Below, one piece after another: positions 24,701-36,700 of a stretch of 64,000 nucleotides of DNA (the first letter of the stretch is position 1; each line of letters opens with the position of its first letter). A model generated the notes under the pieces. It was not told the origin of the DNA, searched no databases, and saw only the letters and a list, made by a program, of their open reading frames with translations. The DNA lies in the NCBI GenBank assembly GCA_950097015.1, contig CATNEN010000008.1, positions 1,054,001-1,118,000 of the forward strand, written 5' to 3'. Position numbers and translations under genes: made by a program. This DNA comes from Macrostomum hystrix. Taxonomy: Eukaryota; Animalia; Platyhelminthes.

Positions 24701-26870
24701 AAATTTTAATTTTTAAATACAGGTACTAAAAAAATATATAGCATTAAACTAGTTAAGGCCCTAACATCATTATGATATTGTCATTTATCAAGACTTCTTC
24801 TGGACACTTCTATAGGCCTAGGCCCTACCTTTATTAAAAATTGATGCATTAGGGTAATGTATCATCAACCGAACAGTGTATCTTCAAAACCAAACAAGAA
24901 TTTTGACTCCTTCCTTGGTCTCGTGCAAGACAGAAGCAAGCTATTGTGTTTCACAGAACAACTAATTTGAAAGTTGAAGAAATTATCTACAAGCTGAGGC
25001 ATGATGTGCAATGAAGCATTAAGAGGAAAGAAAGATATTGATGTTTCAGTAGAAATTTTTATTGCAAAAGCATACTTTTTAACAACATTTTTTAGTATGT
25101 ACTTTAGACAAAGATTGTAAGTGGTTGCTTGCCAATTAAATGACCATAAATGTAGTTATTTATAGAGCATGAAAAATGCTTTCAAATGACATAATTCATG
25201 ATAGTCCACTCCTTAAAATAGGATTAAACCACTCACTCAAATTTTAAAACCAAACATCAAATTCTCTGTTTGGTTTGAAGATACATGAAAATCATTGTTC
25301 GGTTTTAGATAAAAAGCAGGAATAACTTTGACAAAATAGCAAAAGCAGATACTTTTTAGAAAGATGTAACTGTTTTCTATAACTTGGCTTTTGATTTATC
25401 ATCATATCTTAAATAGAAAATCTGTAGCTTAGGTTTGAAGTTAAAAAAATACACATTCTTGTTTGGTTGATGATACATTACCCTAATGCTTTTATTCGGG
25501 GCATTGTGTACACAGCTTATTATTTTCGGTGGATGGTGAAACATTTTTGTGGGCTAAATTTATTCCAGCAGCAGGCCTAACTCTGCCACCTTTCTAAAGA
25601 TTACATTTGAAATTTTGAATACAGACAAAAAGCCATGGATTTAAGAAATAATACAGATCCTATTAATAGTGAGTAGGCCTTAAAATATAGCAAGTACTTT
25701 TACTGTGGTCTTTTACTAATGCTTACCCACTTAAAGGGCATATTAAATTTCAAATAAGCCCTAAGGCCCTATAGACTCATATACAGCAATATGCCAATAA
25801 AAACAGATTTAGATTATGTGATATTACACTACAATACTTACAATATTGAATTAGTAGGTAGGCCTAGCTAGCATCTAATCACTAAGCTGCCTACCTTAAA
25901 CTACAGGCTACAGCCTATATAACAAGCACGTCAAGCATGTGTTCGTGATGCAGTACAGGAACCATGCCATTGCCAAGTAGCAAATTTGCACAGCTGCAAT
26001 ACCATATAGTCTTATTTTCTAATTCTGAAATCCAGTTAACAGTAACCGCACGTGACAATCATCGAAACATTTTTATTAGCCCGCCAGTGCATTCTGTATT
26101 GTATGAGATCTTTAGTTTTTATAATTAGTTTAACGAATTTTACTCACAATTAAAAGTTATTTAAAACATTTTTTTGTCTTCTGCTTCGAATTCGCACCAG
26201 AATTTAAAACAAAAATCGACTTCGCCCTACGTCGCGAAAACCCGTAGTTGGCGAAAGAGATATGTTTTTGCTTTATTTGGATTTTTCCTTGTTGGTTTCT
26301 CTCTTTTAAACCGTAAATGCATTTGAAAAATAAATCTGGACCACTTGTTCTACAATTGTAATCAAAGAAATGGTACTTTAGATTATATCAATTGCTGTAT
26401 TCTTTCTATAAGTTCTATAATTTTCATGTAAGCAACTACTCGTATATTTAATTTATATACTGTACTTTGGTACCTCGTAAATGCATGCAAATAGTAAACC
26501 AGTTTTTTGAAACTTTGCAAAAGTGATGGTTGATAAAATGAAAATGTATAATATGCAGGCAAATTTCAGCCAGATTACCAGGTATTTTACCTGAAAATTT
26601 TCACTGGCGTAGCAAACCGGGCTCATATCGAAAAATGGCCCTTTTTGAGGCACACCCCAACAACCCACGCGTTGGGGTGAACACAACGACGCGGTCCAGT
26701 TTCTGACGGTAAAAATAAGCAATTACGCCTGTTAGCTACAGAAAAATCTATAGTTTACTGTGTTTTCTCGATTGTACAACTATCAAAGCACAAGTTGAAA
26801 TTTGTTCTTTAGCGTTGATAATTTCAACAGCTGAAAATTGATTCAATAATCAGGTGATTTGTAAAGCAGG

Positions 26871-27392
26871 CTAAATTTGACTGCGACTTGCGGCTACTGA
26901 CCTACTAGCCGCCAGCGACATCAATATCGACAGCGATGACGGAGATGTGGTATCTCGCGGCGTCGGTGCAGCACCAAGTCCAGTCAGCTGCAGTTGTTGA
27001 ACCCCGCCGACTCCGCCACTGCCACTGACGTAGCCAATGCCGGCGCCGCGTCGAGAAGTGAGTCGACGATGGCGAACGCGCCGGATAAGGACGAGTGCCG
27101 CTACGACGCTGAAGATCAGGGCGGCGCAGGAGAGGGCGGCCACCTCTGACCAGTAAATGGCGTTGTAGCGGAGGTAGCCAAACTCCGACGGCCGAGCGGT
27201 TGCTCGGGCCTCGCGCTGCGTGAGATCTAGGCCGGCCACAATGGCTATAACGCCGGCTACGGAGAGCACGGCGGAGCGGTAGGCGAGACAGACCGGAGCA
27301 ACGCTGTGCAGGCAGTTGCGCAGCGTTGGCTTCGGGCGCGCGCCGGCATCCTCAGCTGGGCAGCTGGACACGGTGGTGGCTGCTGTCCACAT
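26871..27392 (-). CDS. Orphan small membrane protein, two predicted TM helices, 173 aa
   Basis: GC-rich ORF in AT-rich flanks with ATG in AAAATGT context, an in-frame stop just upstream, and an acceptor TCCGCAG about 40 nt upstream. Two hydrophobic stretches, the second followed by RRVRHRR. Confidence 0.65.
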   Translation of the reverse strand: MWTAATTVSSCPAEDAGARPKPTLRNCLHSVAPVCLAYRSAVLSVAGVIAIVAGLDLTQREARATARPSEFGYLRYNAIYWSEVAALSCAALIFSVVAALVLIRRVRHRRLTSRRGAGIGYVSGSGGVGGVQQLQLTGLGAAPTPRDTTSPSSLSILMSLAASRSVAASRSQI

Positions 27393-27769
27393 TTTGGTGT
27401 ACTTTAATTATAGCTTTCTCGATCGATGATGCTGCGGAATTTAATAAATAGCTGATTCTATTCGTACAAATTGGACACGTATACCTGTAATTATCCCCAT
27501 GAATTTATTGACATATATACAAGGTATAAGGCGTATAGGGGCGTATATGGAAGCCGGCATTATAGTTCCTAGATCAGATAATATTGCCAGTCTATGATAT
27601 CTAGAGATGTCTGATCATTAACAGGAATCAAGATACTTGTTTTGCACGAAGGCATAATTTTCATTAGTAGCTTTGTGCCACTATACGAGCTACTTGGATA
27701 AATATAGCCATTAACAACTTCACGCAATAATCATTAATTAGCACGCATCTTTGATGGGCTAATCTGCAT

Positions 27770-28022
27770 ACGTGTTTACAACGGACTCATGTTTTGAAGG
27801 TCGGGGGTTCGATTCCACTGGAATAATATGTGTATTTTAGCATGACACTTAACTCTGCATTGCTTCAGTTCACCCAGCTGTTAAATGGGTTCCAGCATCA
27901 GCTGGGGTAATTGAGCGTTGTGGCATTCCCCATGTCCATGGACTAAATAGACGTACGCAGCCTTCAGATAGCTGCGGCTGTTCTGTCGGTTACACATCAG
28001 GCCCGATTGAGGAGGGTGTAAC
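27770..28022 (+). mobile_element. tRNA-derived SINE-like element, family 1
   Basis: B-box GGTTCGATTCC at 27806-27816, followed by a body (ACTCTGCATTGCTTCAGTTCACCCAGCTG...GGGGTAATTGAG...GTCCATGGACT) shared with other copies in the window. Confidence 0.65.
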
Positions 28023-30987
28023 CAATTATTATGTTTAACCCAGAATGAGTTCGTTTAGCTGTAAAGTTAGTAAAACAACCTGTGCTTAAAAAACAAGCGT
28101 GATTAAATTAATTGTCCTCCTATTTTCTATATAGAAAATTGTGTTTTAAATTAAAAACGCTGGGCCGTCACCAAAGAGTAAGTAAAAAAGACCCGAACGG
28201 ACTTCGTACGCTCGTCAAATTTGTTTTAGCGAGTTTTCGATTCTATCAAGGTAAGAAAGTACAGTATCTTCGATTTTTTAGCACTTGTATAAGTGCATTG
28301 CCTATAACAAAAGGTACTTTTCTCAGCTAAATTTACTAAATTTATTAGTAAGATTTGAGTTGACTCTACTCTTCGGCTCACCTTGACGACGCGCAGTACA
28401 AGAGCCAACCAGTTTATAGCATTATTGAAGATCGAAATCGGAGCCGGTGCAGTAGGCCCTCTAATACAAACAGCAGGCGGCTCCCGGGTCTGAAGGTTGA
28501 TGATGGGAGCCACGGGAGAAGCGACGAGAGTAAAAGCGACCTTATTGGTGGATGCATACGCGGCATGGGAACTTGGATTTATGCCAGTCTCGCGTCTGCA
28601 TGCATATATAGCAGCTGCGTAAGGTGCTTTTGAACACTGAGCCAATAGTTGGTAAGAGGAGGAAACGAAAAAATACATCCTACCGAAGCTCACACTTTCG
28701 GGCTATGCAAGCAAGCAAGCTGCTCGTGGGATTTATAAAATAGGAGTTGAGATGTGGGCTGAGCATGCAGGGGATTGGAGAGACGACTGCAGCAGCCTGG
28801 ATAAAGAAGACCGCTGACTGGATTCCCTTGTGTCTACTGCTGCGACCCTCGGCCCTGAGAGCCCGTGTGCGCACTGGCAACAGTTAATGTACATTGTTTG
28901 CCTAGCCTAACACTCTCAGAGCATGCCTGCGTGAGAAACTGCCGGATTGAGGCACAGGTGTGGCGTGGACAGACAGACTGAATGCTAAGCCCGCATCGAG
29001 AATTTTTTAGTTTGACAGGAAAACGATGTTCAGACGAGTACTCGATTATAAATCTTATTTATAACCAGGTATTTTCTAGTGGGATAATTGCTGCAAGAAG
29101 CACATTCGAAAATTTCTTGCGATATGAATAAAATAGACATTGCACAAGGGTCAAAGGTTGGCGGCCTCTTCAAGATTACTAACGACCGTGGGTCACATAG
29201 TCAGAAACATCGTGATTGTTTAACAGTAATTAAACAACATAGCATTTCAAATACGAACATTTTTCCGCCCGATCAGATGAATGGCGGTGATGGTGATCCA
29301 AAATCCTTCAACATACTCGTAGATATAATTTTCCAGCTCGCAGAATTCCATCGTGTAACCGTGTCGGCTATTTTTGTTCGCAGTATACAGAGCACTGTTA
29401 CTCGCAGTTGTCTCAGTCACGGGGTCTTCGACGTCGGACGGCTTTGAAAGTCAGTTTATCGAAAAGGGCAAAAAGTTTGATCCATATGTTGGGCGTTCAC
29501 GAAAATCGGTCATTCAGCTTGTCAGTTACCAAGTGGGCAATTGTGGGTAATAAATGATAAATCAGACAATGAAATTTCTGGAACGACCTTCTTTAAAGCC
29601 TTCTACAGCAATTAAATTTGCAGCAATTAAGCAAGACAGCTTACACGATTCTAAAAACACAAGAAAAAATAGTCAGACACCATTTCCTAAATTTCCTAGA
29701 CACCAGGTATATATTCTCCGGAAATTCTTGGGTGAATATAGTGTTTACTATATCATTATCATTATCATCATTATCATTTCATTATATCACTATATCATTA
29801 GGGTGAACACCCTATAAATTTTTTTTGAATATGTCGAATCTTTCTTTCAAAATTAGTTTTGCAAGAGCTGTGTAAGCAGAAATTCAATACAGATCCAGGC
29901 TACCTCGGGAGCTATGCAATGCAGCAAGAAACCTATTAAACAGCTTGAGTCTTCAGAACAGTACACACCGGTCAAGAAGCCGGTGACTGAGCAGCAACAA
30001 AAGAGCCGCAGCTTAGTCAATAAATAGGACTCGCAGGTCAGACTTGTAGTCTGTAGTTTGTAGTCTGACCTCGTGAAGGAGATTCACGAGATTGTGCTGC
30101 AGTTTGAAACTGATGATGGTGCTGGCGTTGATTTCAACGGTGAAGGCTTTGTATTGACGTTGATCATTGAGAGAATGTGAGAGAAAAACTTGCTTTCTGC
30201 AAAGTTATAGTAGCTATCATAGTCCTTTATAATTACCCCATATTTGTGACACCAGTGACTCTTAACTGTTAGATTAATATTAAGAACATTGATATCGACG
30301 TTGGGCCAATATTTCCTCATGCTGCATTCTAGTTTGCATCGGTACTTACTCTTGTAATTGGGCTCGTGTGCTTGGTAATAAGATCCTGGAGAGACGATTG
30401 GAAATATTTTTATTGAGAATTTATTTTTTTCGGAGGATAAGCACCCTAGGTTTGGGATCTTGAGTTTTGGGATTGGGATTTTGGCGCTAATTTGATTGTC
30501 TGGGCACACTTTTTGCAGGTTCACTTTTTGGGCTGGGAGGCTCGTATCAGGAATATGGAGATAGACTTTTTTGGGCTAGACTGATCTGGAATAGGCTGCG
30601 AAATTTTTTGTCCTAACCGATTTGGAATAATGGAGACTATGGAGACAGCTTTTGTGAGAGGCAGGTAGCCTTTTTCCTGATCTCTTTGGGAACAATAAAG
30701 CTAATAGATTGTGGATTATGGCGGCTGCGTAAACTCTTGCCCCAGATAGCCCCTCTTGCATACTACTTTCCCCAGCGTTATTACGTGCTTACAAAGTATT
30801 AAAAGGCGAGAAACACGTCACGTAATGTTGAATTTGAAAAAATAGCTACAGTTCAGTTCGTTAGCCAGTTCAAGGACGGTCAAAGTTAGACCAAGCATAT
30901 TTATAATTGCAATGTACGTACGTTGCAGTGATCATTTGAGCACGAATTATAAACTATTCGATAAAACTATAAATAGAAAAAGGTTAG

Positions 30988-32698
30988 CTACCTACAAAAT
31001 TCAATTGCAGGTGCTTTCACCGGAATGTTAGCCGGGTCGAACTCTTCGGCGTTAAAAGCGGCAATGTCTGCCTCGGATAGGCTCTCCAACAAACTGTAGT
31101 CCGGGCACACTGACGCGTCTGCAAAGCCGCTGCGACCTGTGCTACCTGACGATGCCGCTGAGCCTCCACTTGATGCGGCTTTGCTAAAAGAAAACGTGGA
31201 CGATGAAGCGCCAGATGTTGAGGCTGTGGTTGCGGAAGCATTGGCGTTGACTTGCTGCTGTTGTGGTCGCATCGGTTGTGATTGATTGCTAGATATCACA
31301 CCAGCAGAGCCTTGAGCTTGCTGTGTCTGGGATGCAGCAAACGGACCACCAGAACTCGGTGCCTCTTGAGGTCGCACGCCCGAGAGCGGACCACCAGAAG
31401 CCGGTGCTTGTTGAGTCTGCGCTCCAGAGAACAGACCACCAGAACTCGTTGTCTGTTTAGTCTGCGCTCCAGAGAACAGACCACCAGTAGCCGGTGCATG
31501 TTGAGTCGGCGCTCCAGAGAACAGACCACCAGAAGCCGTTGCCTGTTGAGTCTGCACTCCAGAGAACAGACCACCAGAAGCCGGTGCCTGTTGAGTCTGC
31601 ACTCCAGAGAACAGACCACCAGAAGCCGGTGCCTGTTGAGTCGGCGCTCCAGAGAACAGACCACCAGAAGCCGGTGCCTGTTGAGTCTGCACTCCAGAGA
31701 ACAGACCACCAGAAGCCGGTGCCTGTTGAGTCGGCGCTCCAGAGAACAGACCACCAGAAGCCGGTGCCTGTTGAGTCGGCGCTCCAGAGAACAGACCACC
31801 AGAAGCCGGTGCCTGTTGAGTCGGCGCTCCAGAGAACAGACCACCAGAAGCCGGTGCCTGTTGAGTCTGCACTCCAGAGAACAGACCACCAGAAGCCGGT
31901 GCCTGTTGAGTCGGCGCTCCAGAGAACAGACCACCAGAAGCCGGTGCCTGTTGAGTCGGCGCTCCAGAGAACAGACCACCAGAAGCCGGTGCCTGTTGAG
32001 TCGGCGCTCCAGAGAACAGACCACCAGAAGCCGGTGCCTGTTGAGTCTGCACTCCAGAGAACAGACCACCAGAAGCCGGTGCCTTTGGAGATTGGGCGCC
32101 GCCGAACAAGCCGCTGCTGGTGCTGCCAGCAGTAGCGAAGGCTGTAGGCGCCTCACCGAACAAGCCGCCGGAGCGCCGGGGTGCGACTAGTCCACCGCCG
32201 GAAGGGCTCACAGTCTGAGCCGAAGTCTGCAAAGCAGCTGGCTGTAGACGTTGATTCTGAGCAACGTACTGCCTCTGTGGAAGGGTTGCGACGGCGTTTA
32301 TGAAGACGAGTTTAGTGCTAATGATTCCTATCAAGAATTCAGATAGGAAGATATATTATGTTAAGCGACGAAAGCAAGAAACTAACCAGAGCTTCCAGCA
32401 CTGCCGCATTTGGCTGTATGATCGCCTGCCGTTTAGCGGCATAGTCCTGTGCTAGGCTGGCCATTTTGGCAAGATGCTCGGCGCTCCAGCCCGACGGTCC
32501 TACTCGGCTCTGGTAAGCGTGCAAACGAAGCTCCTCCGGGCTGTAGTCGGCTAATTCTGGCAGGCTGGGCCAGTGCGGGTTGCCATAGCAACTGAATGGC
32601 CACATTTTGGCGCCCTCCCAGGAGCTCACAAAGTGGATGATGTGACCCACCGGGTCGGATGATTGCGACGGCGGATTCTGAAGTCGCAATCGATTCAT
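30988..32698 (-). CDS. NUP42: Nucleoporin NUP42/NUPL2 (hCG1)-like, about 532 aa; exons 32698-32387 and 32274-30988
   Basis: SWEGAKMWPFSCYG...DYSPEELRL matches the NUPL2 N-terminal block (WESSGQWMFSVY...DISPEELRL). There are GLF[S/G] repeats and a C-terminal LSEADIAAFNAEEFDPANIPVKAP resembling the Gle1-binding motif. Donor CTG|GTTAGT; phase-0 acceptor TTCCACAG|AGG (inferred). Confidence 0.85.
31390..32095 (-). repeat. Coding 45-bp tandem repeat in NUP42 (15-aa unit SGGLFSGAPTQQAPA)
   Basis: Near-identical 45-bp units within the open frame. Confidence 0.92.
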
Positions 32699-33732
32699 GG
32701 CTTTTAAAAAATATGCTGGTTCCTTTATTTAAATATTTGGGTACCTTGCATCGGGAATAGGCAATGAAGCTACAGGCCCAGAACACTACCTTCTCAATTC
32801 CTCGCTCTATCAGATGAGTATGATGACATCTATGGCCCTCAACTGGGACATCCCAATTTTAGTGAACCCTTTCAGATCCCAGTGTTAAAAGGCTACAACC
32901 TTTTAATGCGTATTTTGAGAACGACAAGGACTCTAATGCAAGATCCTCACCGGGTGAGTGGTGGAACGTTGACGCGTTTACCTCTCGCACCAAAGCTTCT
33001 GAACTCGAATCCACGGAGAATATCTAAGTTTAAAGCTCAAAGAAGGATAGAAGTCCCTGATTAAAAAACGGTGCAGTAATTTGCAGTTAAATATATTTTT
33101 GCTTGCATTATCAGAGTAGCGCTGAACATCGACAAATTATTAGGCAACCGTGATCGAAGTACGCAAAGTATTTTTATGGTCTCAATAATAAAATTGTTAT
33201 AACAAACGGTGTTTGCATGAGTACTTTAAATAAACCCGTAAGAAACTCGGTTGGAATATCAATCGAAATCCAAGATCTTGGTTCATTGTTAAAACTAGGG
33301 CAAAATTTCTGGGTCATGTTGAGCCACAGCAAACTTTATTTCCTAAAAAAATCACAGTGTGCAACGCAAGCAAAAACATTTACTTTGCGAATATTATTTT
33401 TCTTAAAGGCTGCTCTCATAGCTGCCTACGTGGCAAAAAATATGCAAACAAGCAAGACAAGCTGCTACCGTGAGATAAATGGGAGTTGAGCAGTCTTCAG
33501 ATTCGGGATCGTGGGAAATATTTTAAGTTAAAGGGAACTAGGAGCTTATCATAATGGGGCTCTGGTGGACTATCAGTGTCAAACTGAGCATGAGATACTT
33601 TGGCATCGGTCAGATATGCAAACTGGTATGCGGCATTTCACTGAGCATGAATTAGGGCTATAAGATGAGAAAAGTATTTTGTTATATCCTCTTCTACTTC
33701 GAGCAAGCGTACCGCTGGTTTGAGACAATGCT

Positions 33733-36700
33733 CTAATGGACGCCGTTAGTAGCCGAGGCTGTCTGCTGCTGCTGCTGCCCAGAATCTCTCCGGCGTTTCT
33801 TTGTTCTCTCAACGCCGCTGTCGCCTGACTCCGAGTCCGAACTAGCCGAATCGTCGCCCGAGCCGCTGCTGCTGCTTGACGAACTGGACGAGCTAGACGA
33901 AGACGAGCTACTAGACGAGCTGTGAAAACCGCTAGGCCGGCTAGTGTCGATGGAGTCAGCCACCGATGCCAGTTCTGGCCGACTCCGCCGCAGTACAGAG
34001 AGCATCTTGCGGGCCATCTTGGGCCGGCCGCGTTTAGTTTTATGCCAGACTACAGGAAAATTGACGCTAGAACAGAAGTTCTGCGTAACTGCGACCGTGT
34101 CGTCTAGATTGAGCACGACGTGCCACCAGCCGCCGGGCACGAAGACGGTTTCGCCTGGTCGTTGAAGAATCTCTAACGGACGATAGCGCTCCGGCCAGTC
34201 GGGCTGTTGAGTGCGGGGATAGACGCAGGTAAACCAGGCGGCGGCTTCGCCTTTCTGCTTAGCGGCCTCAATACCGGGCGGCTTGACCAGATCCTTAGGC
34301 GCGTCAATGGGGAACAGGCACCAGCGTTTGTGCCCGCGAACCAATGCATTCCAGGCGCTGGTGCCTAGGGGATCGATGTGAATTCCGGTGCCGCTGCGGG
34401 CTGGGCCCATTACGAACCAACGATAGGGCGGCCGCCTATGCTCGCCAGCAAGGCTAAATAGATCCTCTGGAAACAGGTGGCTCACCTGGTCGGGGGGCAT
34501 TGGATTTCCCTGAGTTGCTTCGATATTACAATAGAGATAGATATGACGCATAATCTGGTTGGGCCAAATGTACAGCCAGTGTTACACATCTAAATGCTTC
34601 TCCGTACAGCAGCTGTTTAGTCCATGGACTGGGGGCCCTTCTATATTCTCCTTCTATAGATAAAACTTCTAGCATGGTCTAGTTTAGTTTTTTTGCAAGC
34701 AACAGTTGCTTAGAAACTAAATATCAAACTAAATATTGCCTACCAATTTTTTAAAACAACTAATTCACAGTGGACTGGGGGGGGCTAGTACATCTCAGTG
34801 GACTGGGGGGGGGGCTAGTACATCTCAGTGGACTGTGGAGTCTAGTACACGGTTCTCAGTGGACTGTGGAGTCTAGTACACGGTCCTCAGTGGACTAAGG
34901 AGTCTAGTACACTGTCCTCAGTGGACTGTGGAGTCTAGTACACGGTTCTCAGTGGACTGTGGAGTCTAGTACACGGTCCTCAGTGGACTAAGGAGTCTAG
35001 TACACTGTCCTCAGTGGACTGGGGAGTCTAGTACACGGTCCTCAGTGGACTGTGGAGTCTAGTACACGGTTCTCAGTGGACTGGGGAGGCTAGTACACGG
35101 TTCTCAGTGGACTGTGGAGTCTAGTACACGGTCCTCAGTGGGCTGGGGAGTCTAGTACACGGTCCTCAGTGGACTGGGGAGTCTAGTACACGGTCCTCAG
35201 TGGACTGGGGAGGCTAGTACACGGTCCTCAGTGGACTGGGGAGTCTAGTACACTGTCCTCAGTGGACTGGGGAGTCTAGTACACGGTCCTCAGTGGACTG
35301 GGGAGTCTAGTACACGGTCCTCAGTGGACTGGGGAGTCTAGTACACGGTCCTCAGTGGACTGGGGAGTCAAATTTCAAACCCAGACCTTTCTGTTAGGAC
35401 CAGCCTTTTATCTAATATACAGTCACTGAAATTAAAACTCGAACAACTAGGAGTTAGTCTGCTATAATTAGCGTACATCACGGCTTCACCAATAACTCAC
35501 CCTGTAGTCCTCAAGCAGTCGACGCTTTTTGCGGTGCTCGCCAAAGTTTCCATCGAAGATGTACAGCGGACTATCGTCGCTATTGGCGCGCATATACTGG
35601 GTGAAGTATTTCATCTTGATTCGCACAGAATAGCCCTCATCGTCTTCGCCGCATTTAAACCGCTGGTTGCGATACTTTTTTGTTAGACGAGGAACCGTCC
35701 ATTTGCGCCAGGCCTGCGTTTTTTAAGTATTATCATGATTTCAGTCTGTGAATGGGAGCACGTCTGGCAGAAATGCCTGGCAGAACTGAAAACTGCCAGA
35801 TGTCGGATTAGCTGCCACAGGCCAGCCAAAAAGTGCCAGCTGACAACTGCCATCCGCCAACTGCAAGGCTACAACTGCCAGCTGACAACTGCCAGCTGAC
35901 AACTACCAGCCTACAACTGCTATACGCCAACTACCAGCCTACAACTGCCATACGCCAACTACCAGCCTACAACTGCCATACGCCAACTACCAGCCTACAA
36001 CTGCCATATGCCAACTACCAGCCTACAACTGCTATACGCCAACTACCAGCCTACAACTGCTATACGCCAACTACCAGCCTACAACTGCCATACGCCAACT
36101 ACCAGCCTACAAATGCCATACGCCAACTGCCAGCCTACAACTGCCATACGCCAACTGCCAGCCTACAACTGCCATACGCCAACTACCAGCCTACAACTGC
36201 TATACGCCAACTACCAGCCTACAACTGCCATACGCCAACTACCAGCCTACAACTGCCATATGCCAACTACCAGCCTACAACTGCTATACGCCAACTACCA
36301 GCCTACAACTGCCATACGCCAACTACCAGCCTACAACTGCCATATGCCAACTGCCAGCCTACAACTGCTATACGCCAACTACCAGCCTATAACTGCCATA
36401 TGCCAACTACCAGCCTACAACTGCCATACGCCAACTACCAGCCTACAACTGCCATACGCCAACTACCAGCCTACAACTGCCAGCCTACAACTGCCATACG
36501 CCAACTGCCAGCCTACAACTGCCATACGCCAACTGCCAGCCTACAACTGCCATACGCCAACTACCAGCCTACAACTGCCATACGCCAACCATATGGAATC
36601 TATATGCAAATATTTGATTCCCATATTTCACTGTGTTTATATTCACAAGGTGTTTAAGTGTTTAAGCGCACGAGTACGAGGGTAGGACCTGATTAAGACA

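Noticed and set aside
27770-27830. Possible tRNA genes at A/B-box sequences (also 39520-39575, 45320-45385, 32945-33012)
   Set aside because: No convincing cloverleaf; each is fused to a shared non-tRNA body, so they are SINE heads.
29088-29447. 119-aa plus-strand ORF and a coding-looking antisense frame
   Set aside because: Non-ATG start, no motif, and it overlaps a dispersed repeat.
31282-32190. Alternative-frame and antisense ORFs over the NUP42 repeat
   Set aside because: They are shadows of the 45-bp coding repeat; only the GLFS frame links the conserved NUP42 termini.
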